Shown piece after piece: positions 24,517-40,647 of a DNA stretch of 64,000 nucleotides. Positions within the stretch are counted from its first letter, which is position 1. The number at the start of each line of letters is the position of its first letter. Source of the DNA: TPA_inf: Saccharomyces (taxonomy: Eukaryota); contig BK006949.2 in the NCBI GenBank assembly GCA_000146045.2, forward strand, positions 64,001 through 128,000, given 5' to 3'. The position numbers and the translations under genes are program-made. A model generated the notes under the pieces. That model searched no databases. It saw only the letters and a list, made by a program, of their open reading frames with translations, and was not told where the DNA came from.

Positions 24517-26316
24517 ATGGTTGCCTATTCTCCAATCATTGCCACCTATGGTAATCGTGCAGAACAGTTTTTAGAAACAGACTCAGACTTCGCTAAGTAT
24601 CATGCGAAATTGAATAAAAAGTTGCAACACTTGAGGAGCCGTTGCCATTTGGTCACCAAGGATACAAAGAAATACTCAAGTAAAAATAAGTATGGCGAAA
24701 TTAACTCCGAGGATTATGATAATAAAACTAAATTGATTGGTGTTTTGATTTTACTACACGCTGAAAGGGACTTGGCACTGGCTGAAACTTTGAAATTGAG
24801 AGCTCGTCAAAGAGGAAAGTTAAAGAAAAGTGAAGAAAAGGTTTTATCCACAAGATTGAAGAAGGCCTGCAAGACTGCTGATAAATTGGTTAACGTCACT
24901 CAAAATGAACAGCAATGGATAACTCGTGCCCAATATTTAGCGTTCGCTAAATTGGTACATTCAGAGTACCTAATTAATGGAAAAAGGTTCAAGAGGAAGG
25001 ACAATGCCAAAATTTCGAACAACCTAGCCCTCGTTTTCGCCGCATTGGAACACTTGAAGAATCTAAGCTTATTAGCTGAAGAAGTTGTAGATAACATTGT
25101 TAATAAATACCAGTACTCTCTCAAGCAGTACGCGGGAAATTTAATTACAACGCCCGAAATAAATAACTTTATCGTGGAAAGAGTTCAATCTGATGAGAAC
25201 AAGGACGATGAGCTTGTGAAATTGTTATTAGACAATGGATTCAATATGAAAAAAATTACAACCTCAACTGAAGATCAAAAGGTTACCACTAACATAAACT
25301 GGAGATCTTTCAACGCCAAGATAATCGATGCTGAAGTTGCTCAATTTTTGGAACAAGGTCTATCTATCCACCCAACTCAGATTACTCAATATACACAGAG
25401 GCTATCAAAATTGGAGAAAGCTTTAGACCGTCATGAATTTTTCATCGCAAACCACGACGATCAAGATGACATAGACGAGATGGTTGAAAATAGTTCTGAA
25501 AACAATCAGATAATTTTAGCCTACATTAAATATAATATTCTTTTGACCTCTATATCTCGTGAAAGAGATTTGTTTACTCATTTATGGAATCAATGGCTGA
25601 AATTAAATACTTCATTACCATCGAAGTTAACCAAATATAAAGAAATGGAACGTATTGTGAAGAATTTGACAAAATATTTATCGGACATAATGGAGCTACC
25701 TGGTGTGTATTCAGATGACGAGCTGCTAAGCCAATTAGACTTATGCAAGCTGTATTTCCAGTTATTTCTGAATACGGGCTGCCTGAGTGTTTTATATCAG
25801 TCGAAAGGCAGATATATGGAGGCGTTAGCTCTATATGTGGACGCTTACCGAAGATTAGAAAACAAATTATCTGAAATTGAATCTCTAGACGAAATCTTAC
25901 TTCCAGCAAATCTTTTGTCATTGAATTCTGTCCGAAGCTTACAAAAGAGAATCGAAAACGGTGGTAATAGTGTCATTACTTTGGCGGAATACGAAAAAAG
26001 AAATCATGGTGGCAGCTTAGGGAAATATGATTTGACAGTGATTGAAAAATTGGATAGTAAAAAAATACTGCCAACGGACATACAATTGAAAAATTTATTC
26101 CCTCTCAAGCCAAAAATGCTGCCCATTCCTAGTAAACCAACACTTTTTGATTTGGCCTTCAACTACATAACATATGATAAGCAAGAGCCCTCAGCTTCTC
26201 AAGTGAAAGATTCAGTCACAGAAACCGAGAGCATCTCTCAAACACCAATTTCTAATGAGCAGACGGAAGGAGAGCCTAAAAAGAAGCGTGGTTTCTTGGG
26301 CCTATTTGGTCGTTAA
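24517..26316 (+). CDS. SRP68: Signal recognition particle subunit Srp68 (599 aa)
   Basis: The track ORF starts at TTG (24505); the first ATG at 24517 gives MVAYSPIIATYGNRAEQF and a 599-aa product. Confidence 0.88.
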   Translation: MVAYSPIIATYGNRAEQFLETDSDFAKYHAKLNKKLQHLRSRCHLVTKDTKKYSSKNKYGEINSEDYDNKTKLIGVLILLHAERDLALAETLKLRARQRGKLKKSEEKVLSTRLKKACKTADKLVNVTQNEQQWITRAQYLAFAKLVHSEYLINGKRFKRKDNAKISNNLALVFAALEHLKNLSLLAEEVVDNIVNKYQYSLKQYAGNLITTPEINNFIVERVQSDENKDDELVKLLLDNGFNMKKITTSTEDQKVTTNINWRSFNAKIIDAEVAQFLEQGLSIHPTQITQYTQRLSKLEKALDRHEFFIANHDDQDDIDEMVENSSENNQIILAYIKYNILLTSISRERDLFTHLWNQWLKLNTSLPSKLTKYKEMERIVKNLTKYLSDIMELPGVYSDDELLSQLDLCKLYFQLFLNTGCLSVLYQSKGRYMEALALYVDAYRRLENKLSEIESLDEILLPANLLSLNSVRSLQKRIENGGNSVITLAEYEKRNHGGSLGKYDLTVIEKLDSKKILPTDIQLKNLFPLKPKMLPIPSKPTLFDLAFNYITYDKQEPSASQVKDSVTETESISQTPISNEQTEGEPKKKRGFLGLFGR

Positions 26317-26621
26317 TATTTTTCTAGTATGACTGTATTTATAGTACTATATAGATTATTCCATTTAAACAAATGATGATTGCCAACTATAGTAGCCAAA
26401 TAACGAAGTGCATTACTTAACACATCTTATTTTTATCTACTGAAGATATCGCCAAATTACAGCACATGCTAAAAAGAAGATGTTTAGGGTCCTTTACATA
26501 ACTATACGTTAAATTATTTTTGCTGCTGAAAATAAGGAAAATAAAAACAAAGATAAAAATAGAAAGAATGGGAAAATTTAGTAACAGCTTTTGCCCAATA
26601 TGCTCAAAACCGAGTTATCTA

Positions 26622-29600
26622 TTACAAAGCGTTCCTTTTATAGAAAAAACTGACAATCAAATGTAGTAATTGGCTATTGTTAACAACAACGTTGGAATGG
26701 AATAATTTCCACGTCTCGATTTTTGGTTCAACTTGAGTCTTTATCAAGTCTTTAAATGAGAAAGAATCGACATCATCCGAGTATCGTTTATCGGGCCCTT
26801 TTCTTTTGTCAATCATTTGAATACCGAATCTAGAACCATCCGATGTGGAAATTTTGAATATTATATCTGGGAATTTAGGACCGCTCGAACCAAAGACTTT
26901 TACAGTCAGTTCAGCTAGTTTTTCACCCCTGATGGTTTTAAGCACTCCTCTTTCATACAACTGCTTTGTGTTCCATTTAAACTTCATTCCCTGCAATTCA
27001 GAACGTTCTCTTCCTTGAACTTTTTTTACTGCATTCTTAAAATTTCCAAATTTACTTTTGTGCACCGGCGAAAAATCCTTGGCTTTCTGGAAGTCTTTTA
27101 TCGTATGATCAACATGTTTTTTAAGCCTTGATAATTCTATATCTAAGCTGTGGTTCATTTCCGAAATTTTTGTGAGTGTTTCCTTTGTGATGTAAATTTC
27201 CTGGGTTACATAATCAATGGCATAGTTGGGATTTTTAATAGTGTTCGCAATATCGTTTAAGAAATTTTGTAACTTATTATCAGAAGAGCAAAAAGTCCCC
27301 GTACTTTCTAGTTCATGTATTTTTTTCAAAGTAACATTTTTGAGTGTGAAGTATTTCAATGGTTTCAGCTTCTGTATCATTGGATCATCCCTGATTTTAG
27401 GATTTTGCTCCAGAAAATTTGCAAAATTTGGTTCATCTTGAGGTAGAATTGTACTAATTGAAAGGTCATACAAATTGGTATCTACATCCTCAATTTGCAT
27501 CATGTACACAAATGCCCTTTTAACTTGGTCGTAGATTTTTCTCATCTTGTCATCACTAACGAGGAATCGATATGCAGATGCATCCAATTCCAAGGTAACA
27601 CGTCCTGATCTTGGAAAGGATGAATTGTCCAAGTTCTTTTCCAAAATATCATGCAAAATATCTGCTTCCGGAAATTCATTTAAATACTCTTCAAATTTAC
27701 CACTGATTTCCAGAACCTTTTCAGTTAACAATTCCAATTTGGGGCTTGGCGATACCATATCCAAATAAATCAATCTATCTCCCTCTTGTTCATACTCTGG
27801 ATCTACTAACACATTATAAAGGACATCTTTGATATGAGGCTTTATTTCGTTAGCGTACTGGTTCAATGGATCCAAAAAGCCATCAAAATTTTTGATTTCA
27901 AAAACAGTCGCCAAGGATTTCATTAGAATGTCAATTTTTTGGTTATTTTTTTGAACGTTGCTGTCTTTGTATCCGTAATATTCCCGGTTGACCAAATATT
28001 CAGACACAAAAACGTTCACTAGAATACTTGATATGGCCCTTAAAGAGTCAATCTCCTCAATATTCTTATCTGCCGCGTAGCAGAAGATTTTAGTGCAGAG
28101 GTACCTGATTTCAACGGGAATAGTGTGAACCTTTCTGGTATAAATTTCAGCGACCATTTCAATCGCGTGCCATAGGCACCTTAAATTGTCAATGAACTTA
28201 TTCTTGGTACTCGCATCATCCACAGGCGAACAATGCTGAGGAGAGCTAAAGCCGTGTATTTCTTGATAAATTTTGTATGGATCACTTTCAAAATCCACTA
28301 CTGGATCTGACAAGTAATCCAAAACTGGGACTATTATAGAGAAGAATTCTGGAGACTCTCTTCTCAAAAAATCTTGAAGAATGGTTTGCCAAAATTGTGA
28401 TCGGTTGTCAAGAAAGCTTTCAATACTCGGTGCTTCATTAATCGCATTTTGTAACATTTCACAAACAAACCTTGTGAAATAGGATCTCTCTCTGTCGTTC
28501 ATCCTTTGATTCACTGTTCCAAATGTCATATAAACATTCTTTGCAACAAATTCTGGCTCTTTCAAATACAGCAATTTCCAATAAGAGGGATCAACTTGCA
28601 ACATATAGAACAGTTTTTCATACTTTTGATATTTAGACTTCGGAATCGTAGAATCGGAAATACCGAGTTCATGATCTTTATCTTTTAATAGTCCAAACTT
28701 ATCCAATACTCCGTTAATATTTAGTTGTTGTCTTATGCTCTTCAGTAATCGTTCCTTCTTCATATTTTCGGAATCAAGAGAGGCTTGGCAACTCTCCAAC
28801 TGGTTTTGGACCTCTTCAATGGTTGCTGTTCCATTGAGCAAATGAACGAATTTTTTGACAGCCCAAAGACTTGGATTTGGACAGTCTAGAAGTTCCAAAT
28901 ATGCCGATCTTTGCAGACTTTTCCTAATCCAGCTTTGAATCATAATAACCGACCTTACGTTTCTCTTGTAAAAACTCGACTTTTGGTCCAAGCTTTCACG
29001 TACTAAAGCGCCTCTAGAAAATGCTTGAAATAATGCTAAATTATTATACTCCACAATGTCATCGACTAAGTCTAATGTGTAGCGGACTAGAATACCTCTA
29101 ACCAAACCCTGGAGGTCGTGCACAGTTTCACTGAGATTATTTTCGGGCGCAAACAGTGACTGTACCTTATGTCTTACAGCGTTTCCGCGTATACAGGCTG
29201 ATAATTGAATAATATTACAGTTTTCTTTTCCAAGTGAATATATTATTGATGCTAGGCACGAACGCGTAAATATTCCTCTAATCAAGCTTTGCAATTTTGA
29301 GATATTTTCCTTATGTACATCATGTACAGCACTTAATATCGCGTCCTCTGAACACCTCACAACGTTACCTCTGATGATTGCCGAAAACTTCATAATACTT
29401 TCTCGCTCATCGTTCAACTTTGTATTGAGGGACATCACCTTCTTTCTCACATAAGAAGCACGCATATAAGACTGCAATTTTGTCAGAGGATAATGTGATA
29501 TCTCAATATCATTTAATTTTGTGTTAACGGTTGTCTTCAACAATTTTGAACGACAATATGCTTGCAAAAGTTCGACAGTACACGAAAACCTTGAGAGTGT

Positions 29601-31109
29601 AAATTTCAATTTATCGTATTTATATCGAATTCTGCTTCCCTTAATTCGCGATTGAATCGCCTCGACATGAGGAACGTCAATCTTTGCTCTTCTTATTGGC
29701 AAATACATTGATGACAATACTCTAAATTTATTTCCTCTTAGGCATGCTTGAAACCTTAGTATGTCCTGTTCAAAAAGGTTCAGTAACCTTTTTTGAATGT
29801 ATAGGTTAAAACGGGTATTAACTCCTCGACAAATATTTTGCAGTTGAACTACCTTCTCTAAAAATTGTTCCTCTGTCATCCTTTCTCTTCTCATGGGAGA
29901 ATAATGAGAAGGTGAGTATTTGAACGTCTGGTAATAATTCAAATCTTCCTCTCTTGCACGACTCCTTCTCGTATAAAATTCTGTATCATATGTCAAGTAT
30001 TTCGAGATGGTAGGAGAATAGTACGACAGACTTTTGTTTTTTATTGGGCTATATTCTAAAGATGGTGTAGGGCCCAGAAGACTCGGCTCAATGGGTGTGA
30101 ATTTCCTCTTCTCAACAACGACATCCAAATTTGACATTTTTGGAGCTTCATTATAAGGTGAAGGTGTATTAGAAAAATCGGAGCAATTAGCATCTGTTAT
30201 ATTCTTTCTTGGGGTAATTAAAATTTCTTCCACCGGTATATTCGGCCTTTCAAATTTATTAAAGTCTTTTATCAATCCGCTTCTTTTTTCTTTTGGTTCC
30301 TCAGGGGAAGCTGGTGCAGTATTGATATTAGTTCCTAAGGACTTGAAGTCTCTAATTCTAGGCCATGCTTTTTTACAAGCTGCGATTTCTTCTTTGGTAA
30401 AACTTATTTGGCCCGATACATTTGTTAAAGCGGGCGTTTTGCCTGGCCATTTCTTATTAATCATTGATATAAGAATATGCAGGGTTTCGAAAACCTGAGG
30501 GATATTCTTCTTGTTATAGAGATCTTGCAATTCAAATCTAAAAGAGTCCGGAACACCGACATGTTCTACCAAACCAAAAAAGGCATTAATGTTCTGAGTG
30601 TGTTTAAATTGTAGTTTATCACCTGCAGGAAATATAACCGTTGTCAAATCTGGATTTATCCTCTGGGTTAGCTTGGCCAAAAAAACACCATTCCTAAGTG
30701 AGTCTCCAACACATAACTCTATTTCTGATGGTAGTGCTTCCTCAATAACAGCTTCAATCCATATTTTGACTTCTGATACTCTGCATAAAAACTCATAGTA
30801 CCTCAGTTCTATTTTCGAATAATTACTTAAGTCTACGGTATATTTTCCTACGAGTTTGTTAGGAAGGGATGGCTTCAGCTTTGATACGGAACTTTCTACT
30901 TTTTTTGACAAAATTGTCGCAGAACTGTTGCTAGCTGACGTCTTAGTCTTTAAATGACTTGGCGACGCTATGTTTAACGAAGAGTTGATTTTGGAACTTG
31001 ACTGCGGTCTCAGAGGTGGAGTCACATTGGTGCCTAGGTTTTCAACATAACGATTTAGATAAGAATTATTATTGCCTGGTTTCGAAGGAGAGCCTGAATA
31101 TGCTGTCAT
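26622..31109 (-). CDS. IQG1: IQGAP-like cytokinesis protein Iqg1 (1495 aa)
   Basis: ATG ORF with an N-terminal calponin-homology domain, multiple IQ motifs (IQxxxRG) and a RasGAP-related domain. Confidence 0.95.
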   Translation of the reverse strand: MTAYSGSPSKPGNNNSYLNRYVENLGTNVTPPLRPQSSSKINSSLNIASPSHLKTKTSASNSSATILSKKVESSVSKLKPSLPNKLVGKYTVDLSNYSKIELRYYEFLCRVSEVKIWIEAVIEEALPSEIELCVGDSLRNGVFLAKLTQRINPDLTTVIFPAGDKLQFKHTQNINAFFGLVEHVGVPDSFRFELQDLYNKKNIPQVFETLHILISMINKKWPGKTPALTNVSGQISFTKEEIAACKKAWPRIRDFKSLGTNINTAPASPEEPKEKRSGLIKDFNKFERPNIPVEEILITPRKNITDANCSDFSNTPSPYNEAPKMSNLDVVVEKRKFTPIEPSLLGPTPSLEYSPIKNKSLSYYSPTISKYLTYDTEFYTRRSRAREEDLNYYQTFKYSPSHYSPMRRERMTEEQFLEKVVQLQNICRGVNTRFNLYIQKRLLNLFEQDILRFQACLRGNKFRVLSSMYLPIRRAKIDVPHVEAIQSRIKGSRIRYKYDKLKFTLSRFSCTVELLQAYCRSKLLKTTVNTKLNDIEISHYPLTKLQSYMRASYVRKKVMSLNTKLNDERESIMKFSAIIRGNVVRCSEDAILSAVHDVHKENISKLQSLIRGIFTRSCLASIIYSLGKENCNIIQLSACIRGNAVRHKVQSLFAPENNLSETVHDLQGLVRGILVRYTLDLVDDIVEYNNLALFQAFSRGALVRESLDQKSSFYKRNVRSVIMIQSWIRKSLQRSAYLELLDCPNPSLWAVKKFVHLLNGTATIEEVQNQLESCQASLDSENMKKERLLKSIRQQLNINGVLDKFGLLKDKDHELGISDSTIPKSKYQKYEKLFYMLQVDPSYWKLLYLKEPEFVAKNVYMTFGTVNQRMNDRERSYFTRFVCEMLQNAINEAPSIESFLDNRSQFWQTILQDFLRRESPEFFSIIVPVLDYLSDPVVDFESDPYKIYQEIHGFSSPQHCSPVDDASTKNKFIDNLRCLWHAIEMVAEIYTRKVHTIPVEIRYLCTKIFCYAADKNIEEIDSLRAISSILVNVFVSEYLVNREYYGYKDSNVQKNNQKIDILMKSLATVFEIKNFDGFLDPLNQYANEIKPHIKDVLYNVLVDPEYEQEGDRLIYLDMVSPSPKLELLTEKVLEISGKFEEYLNEFPEADILHDILEKNLDNSSFPRSGRVTLELDASAYRFLVSDDKMRKIYDQVKRAFVYMMQIEDVDTNLYDLSISTILPQDEPNFANFLEQNPKIRDDPMIQKLKPLKYFTLKNVTLKKIHELESTGTFCSSDNKLQNFLNDIANTIKNPNYAIDYVTQEIYITKETLTKISEMNHSLDIELSRLKKHVDHTIKDFQKAKDFSPVHKSKFGNFKNAVKKVQGRERSELQGMKFKWNTKQLYERGVLKTIRGEKLAELTVKVFGSSGPKFPDIIFKISTSDGSRFGIQMIDKRKGPDKRYSDDVDSFSFKDLIKTQVEPKIETWKLFHSNVVVNNSQLLHLIVSFFYKRNAL

Positions 31110-31371
31110 TGTTTTTGCACCACCTTGTTACATATAATTGAACTGGTGCAATAAGTTTTTCAAAAAAATAATCTATGTTTTGGCCAACTACTTTCTTATT
31201 TTCAATAAAAAGCTGTTGTTTTCTGATGTCAATAACAGGGTTTCTTAATTTCAAGATGGAAGAATTTGTAATGTTTACACTTTCCTCTTTTAGGATATGC
31301 TATTAATGGCATGCTTAAATCACTATATACGAAATAAACAATTTTAGCGATGCGTAGCTCAATATAAAGCG

Positions 31372-32274
<903 letters not shown>

Positions 32275-32495
32275 TCAGTTATATTCTTAAGTATATTTCA
32301 CGATTTCAGATTCTTCGCGTTTTGTATGACACACTAGACGCGTCGGAATAGTGAAAACTCTAAAAAAATACATTGTAATGTTTTACCCAGTTATTTCCAT
32401 GCAGATGCCCTATTTACATACTTATTTATTCATTCGAATACCTATACGTTATATTATGTTTTGTTTATAACCTATTCAAGGCCATGATGTTCTAC

Positions 32496-34670
<2,175 letters not shown>

Positions 34671-34755
34671 CTATCAGGTATGATTTCTTGAACTCTAATA
34701 CAGCGGGAAGAAATGAGGAGGTCACAGATGTTAAGAATTGAAGGGATAAGCTGCA

Positions 34756-34763
34756 TATTTATA
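34756..34763 (-). promoter_or_regulatory. HSP82: HSP82 TATA box (TATAAATA on the gene strand)
   Basis: Plus-strand tatttata, about 130 bp upstream of the ATG. Confidence 0.5.
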
Positions 34764-34842
34764 TGTTTTAGGGGGTGGCGGAAGGACCTGGTTGGTATTA
34801 AGATGAGAATTAACCGCTCATAAAACCATGCGCGTGTTTTTC

Positions 34843-34917
34843 TTCCACGGCGTTCTAGAAAAAAAAGAAAAATTCAAAAAGTTCTGCGAAACTCGAAAGA
34901 ACCAGAATTGTTCGAAC
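34843..34917. promoter_or_regulatory. HSP82: Heat shock elements (HSE1 TTCtaGAA dyad plus downstream nGAAn/nTTCn arrays) of the HSP82 promoter
   Basis: cgTTCtaGAA at 34851-34860, and gTTCtgcGAAacTCGAAaGAAccaGAAttgTTCGAA at 34881-34916. Position roughly -220 to -290 from the ATG. Confidence 0.6.
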
Positions 34918-35483
34918 AATATGTGACAAGCGTATGAGTTAATAATCCGATTAAGCTTTATTCCTGTTCTTTTTTACGTGTATGTAAAACTGGTTTATGG
35001 ATTACTGTGTTGAGAGAGGGGGGGTGACACCCTCCGGAATGTGATATATCACACGCTTGCACGTTGGTTCATATCGTAACCACGAAGAATACAAATACGC
35101 ACACGCAAGCTAAGTTATATTTTAAAATATTCTGTCATCAAGCTTCCAAATACTTCTAACCATCTCTTATTCTCCTCTTAGTAGCCATTCTTTGCCACGA
35201 GGAATAAAAAGTCCCGCGCCACTAATTACAGGAAAAGAAAAATAGGACAATTCCATTTGATGTCACCGTGGTAATATCACCATGAACGATGATATGAAAT
35301 TTTCATAGAATAAGAAGGAAAAGTAATAAAAGAAAAAGAGAATCTGAGAAAAAATCGATGAGTTAATTATCATTTGTGTAAAACAAAAACGAATTGTAAT
35401 ACGATAGGCAAAATTGTTCGCGCTCTATCTCAAAGAAAGTAATTATTTCCAAATAGAAAAAAAAAATCTACATATACGCAGAT

Positions 35484-36086
35484 ATGGGCCTACACAGTGA
35501 ACCGTTAGATCAAGAGGACCAAGACACCATAATACTCGATGCAAGAGCTGGCGATTTGGATTCTCTGAAAGATATATTTACAACTTTAGTCAGTCCCGAG
35601 TTACTTTCGACTTGTAAGGAAAGTGAATCTGATTCTACGGCTTTACATATGGCTGCTGCCAACGGTCATATAGAGACCGTTCGGTATATACTGGAGACGG
35701 TTTCTCGCGCAAATAGTGCCGAAGACTTGAAAGCTTTTGTTAATGAGGTGAACAAAACAGGCAACACGGCTTTACATTGGGCGTCGTTGAATGGCAAATT
35801 AGACGTGGTCAAGCTACTGTGTGATGAATATGAGGCAGACCCCTTTATTAGAAACAAATTCGGCCACGATGCTATCTTTGAGGCCGAGAACAGCGGGAAG
35901 GAAGAAGTGGAAACATACTTTTTGAAGAAGTATGATGTCGAACCTGAAGATGATGAAGAAGACACACAAACTGAGGGCAAGAATTCGGTCCAAATCACAA
36001 AGGGTACAGAAATTGAACAAGTCACCAAGGAAGCCACCGAGGCTTTAAGAGAAGAAACCGAGAAACTGAATATAAATAAAGACTAA
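35484..36086 (+). CDS. YAR1: Ankyrin-repeat protein Yar1 (200 aa)
   Basis: ATG ORF with two ankyrin repeats (TALHMAAANGH, TALHWASLNGK) and an acidic C-terminus. Confidence 0.92.
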   Translation: MGLHSEPLDQEDQDTIILDARAGDLDSLKDIFTTLVSPELLSTCKESESDSTALHMAAANGHIETVRYILETVSRANSAEDLKAFVNEVNKTGNTALHWASLNGKLDVVKLLCDEYEADPFIRNKFGHDAIFEAENSGKEEVETYFLKKYDVEPEDDEEDTQTEGKNSVQITKGTEIEQVTKEATEALREETEKLNINKD

Positions 36087-36495
36087 AGTAAAGAGCTTGT
36101 TTTCTTCGTGGAATAAAAGCCGTAATATCCATTGAGCATGATATTTTATTTCTTGGTACCGGAGAAGATAAAAGGATGGAACCAGCAGAAATGCATTAAT
36201 AAATACAAAAAATTTAGAAAAGAGTTACAGTAATAATGTATATTTCTCTCACAAACTAAGTAACCGCTTCAAAAGCGTATATTTTGAATGCATTGAACTT
36301 TCCATTTCATTACCCGCAGAGCCGGAGTCCTCATCAACGACGGAGTGAAAAATTTTGTAATTGCGAGAAAAAGTGAAATTGATGGAAAAAAAGAAAAAGA
36401 AAGTAGAAGAAGACATTATAAGAGAGACTAGGAAACTTCTTGCACATCAACCGAAAAGCGCCTAGGCAACCAGTCATATAATAAGCACGCACGAG

Positions 36496-37353
36496 ATGTC
36501 CTCCGATTTAGCTGCTGAGTTAGGATTCGACCCTGCACTAAAGAAGAAAAAGAAGACTAAGAAGGTGATCCCAGATGATTTTGATGCTGCCGTAAACGGC
36601 AAAGAAAATGGTTCAGGAGATGATTTATTTGCCGGATTAAAAAAGAAAAAGAAGAAGTCCAAGAGCGTTTCTGCCGATGCTGAAGCTGAAAAAGAGCCTA
36701 CTGACGACATAGCAGAAGCCTTGGGTGAACTATCCTTGAAGAAGAAAAAGAAAAAGACAAAGGACAGCAGTGTAGACGCGTTTGAGAAAGAACTAGCTAA
36801 AGCTGGTCTAGATAATGTGGATGCTGAAAGCAAAGAAGGCACTCCAAGTGCTAATTCCAGCATTCAACAAGAAGTTGGCCTACCTTATTCAGAGTTATTA
36901 TCTAGATTTTTCAATATTCTAAGAACTAACAATCCAGAACTTGCTGGTGATAGAAGTGGTCCAAAGTTCAGAATTCCTCCTCCTGTTTGTTTGCGTGATG
37001 GTAAGAAGACTATTTTCTCGAATATCCAAGATATCGCCGAAAAATTGCATAGATCTCCGGAACATTTGATTCAATATCTCTTCGCAGAATTAGGTACGTC
37101 CGGTTCTGTTGACGGTCAGAAAAGATTAGTCATTAAGGGTAAGTTTCAATCCAAACAAATGGAGAATGTCTTAAGAAGATACATTTTGGAGTATGTCACT
37201 TGTAAAACTTGTAAGAGTATTAACACCGAATTGAAGAGAGAACAGTCAAACAGACTGTTCTTTATGGTCTGTAAAAGTTGTGGTTCTACCAGATCCGTCT
37301 CTTCTATTAAAACCGGTTTCCAAGCTACCGTTGGTAAGAGAAGGAGAATGTGA
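36496..37353 (+). CDS. SUI3: Translation initiation factor eIF2 beta (285 aa)
   Basis: Three polylysine K-boxes in the N-terminal half and a C-terminal C2-C2 zinc ribbon (CKTCKS...CKSCGS). Confidence 0.95.
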   Translation: MSSDLAAELGFDPALKKKKKTKKVIPDDFDAAVNGKENGSGDDLFAGLKKKKKKSKSVSADAEAEKEPTDDIAEALGELSLKKKKKKTKDSSVDAFEKELAKAGLDNVDAESKEGTPSANSSIQQEVGLPYSELLSRFFNILRTNNPELAGDRSGPKFRIPPPVCLRDGKKTIFSNIQDIAEKLHRSPEHLIQYLFAELGTSGSVDGQKRLVIKGKFQSKQMENVLRRYILEYVTCKTCKSINTELKREQSNRLFFMVCKSCGSTRSVSSIKTGFQATVGKRRRM

Positions 37354-37607
37354 TGTTGGTGCTTTACCTGTTAGCATATATATAATAAATACGGATTTCG
37401 TTTATCTTGTGTATTTTATTCGTTTCATTAGATATTTAATGTTTAAATGAAGAAAAACTTAAAGTAAAAATTTTCATTCACAAAATAAATCTAAACAGCG
37501 GTAGGTAATCTTCATTGATCAGAGTGAACACATTGCATGGAGCCAGCCAATCATCGTGTCCTGTTTACTTCCCAAGGACAGGAAAAAGCTTTGAGAAGCA
37601 AAACCGA

Positions 37608-38702
37608 TCAAGTGTCTAAATCTTGTAAAAGATTTAATAATTGGCTGGTAGTAGGCCTTTGTATAGGATCCACTTGAATGCATTTCTTGATTACACTCAA
37701 AAGCCCCTCAGAAAATCTGGAATTTCTCGGGAAACTGTACTTACCAGTGTTTATAGCGTAGGTTAAAGAAGCTCCATGTATCTGCTCTTCTCGCTCAAAG
37801 GGGGAGATACCGAACATTAAAGTATAGAACGTACAACCCAAAGACCAAATATCAACCTTAGAGCTCAAAACCTGATTTAATTTCAAGTTCAGAAGTTCTG
37901 GTGGAGTATATGGCAACGTACAATTGTCATTGACCCATTCTTGTAGTTCGCTGAGTTGATGTCTGTTTTCAATTGTTATATCAGCTTGAGAGCAGGAGCC
38001 GAGGTCACCAATTACTGGTAAACCGTCTGAAGAGAACAAAATGTTTGAAGGTGTAATATCGCGATGTGCATATGCTATTGAACCTGCTGAGTTGGAGGAA
38101 AGCATGTCCATCTCTAAGGGGGTGTCTTCTAGGAGCATCGCCGTTTCATCGCTATAAGTCATAGAAACCGCATCGACATTTACTCTGGAAGTAGCGTTAT
38201 CTTGTCTTGACGCAGGATCATGTAAACAAAGTAAACCTCTTGTAACTCCAAGCATTATCCTTACGCATTCTGCCTCTGATACAAAGGTGCCCTCGAGTAA
38301 CCTCCGATTAATAGAGTCTTGTAAACTCCCTAATGAATAATAGGGTAGTACTATGTAAATTGTTTTTGACCCATCTTTTTCCTGCATTACTTGTGAGTCG
38401 ATACTTTTTATAACATAAGGACTTTGAAACCGTTTGTAATTTTCAATTTCTCGCATACCATTGGATATACTTTCCACACTAGGACAAATAATCTTCTTTA
38501 GTGCGTATAATTCTGGTGTTGCGATGCCGTTGTCTATAATCAGAGAATTCTTTGACAGTTGTACCAAATACACAAAGGACATTCCACCTTCTCCAAGTAG
38601 TCGTTGAATCCTATATCGTTTATCATTTACCCTAATAGTAGCATCGGAAAATCCGCGACAGCAGCACAAGTTCTGGAACAATTCCAATACAATAGAAATC
38701 AT
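37608..38702 (-). CDS. ENV7: Vacuolar membrane-associated STK16-like protein kinase Env7 (364 aa)
   Basis: The track ORF starts at TTG (38723); the first ATG at 38702 gives MISIVLELFQNLCCCRG with an N-terminal Cys triplet. It has a kinase catalytic core (HRDITPSN, DLG). Confidence 0.85.
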   Translation of the reverse strand: MISIVLELFQNLCCCRGFSDATIRVNDKRYRIQRLLGEGGMSFVYLVQLSKNSLIIDNGIATPELYALKKIICPSVESISNGMREIENYKRFQSPYVIKSIDSQVMQEKDGSKTIYIVLPYYSLGSLQDSINRRLLEGTFVSEAECVRIMLGVTRGLLCLHDPASRQDNATSRVNVDAVSMTYSDETAMLLEDTPLEMDMLSSNSAGSIAYAHRDITPSNILFSSDGLPVIGDLGSCSQADITIENRHQLSELQEWVNDNCTLPYTPPELLNLKLNQVLSSKVDIWSLGCTFYTLMFGISPFEREEQIHGASLTYAINTGKYSFPRNSRFSEGLLSVIKKCIQVDPIQRPTTSQLLNLLQDLDT

Positions 38703-39207
38703 TGATCGGATAAGATGGTACAATCGTTATTTTATCCCTAGTCAGTCGCTGAGATTACAGGCTCTTTTTGTCTACTCTCTGTTTCGTCTTTTTGGAGAAA
38801 GTATGGTTCAACATCTTACAAAACCAGATACCGAAAATGTCCCTAACTCGGTGTCATAAGACAGGACTTATCAAAACAGAAAGGATCTTGCAAAAAAGAA
38901 AAAGAGCAAATTATGTAAACTTTGGGGGTCAACACAGTTGTATCAGTCGTATTGGTTAGACCCAATATAGCGGTTTTCTTTACTTCTTTGTTTCTACACT
39001 TATTAAAGTCTATTTAACTCCCTTTCACGTGATCAGTTTGAAAGAAACGTGAAAATTATTTTTTTCAGCGAACTTTTTGAAGGTTTTCAATAGAAGATGA
39101 AAGCTAAATGAAGACTGTACATTCACACGGGAAACGAGAGAAAGAAGTTCAGTTAGTTGAAGCCAGCAATACTACTTTCTCTAGCAGTCTAGCACAAGTT
39201 ACTTTGA

Positions 39208-40647
<1,440 letters not shown>

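Noticed and set aside
34770-34774. AGGGG (STRE) just upstream of the HSP82 TATA
   Set aside because: It is a single pentamer, and HSP82 is known to be HSF- rather than Msn2/4-driven. Chance occurrence is likely.
36474-36863. 129-codon minus-strand ORF antisense to SUI3 (YPL238C-like)
   Set aside because: It is produced by poly-Lys K-box codons reading as poly-Phe on the other strand, so it is an artefact.
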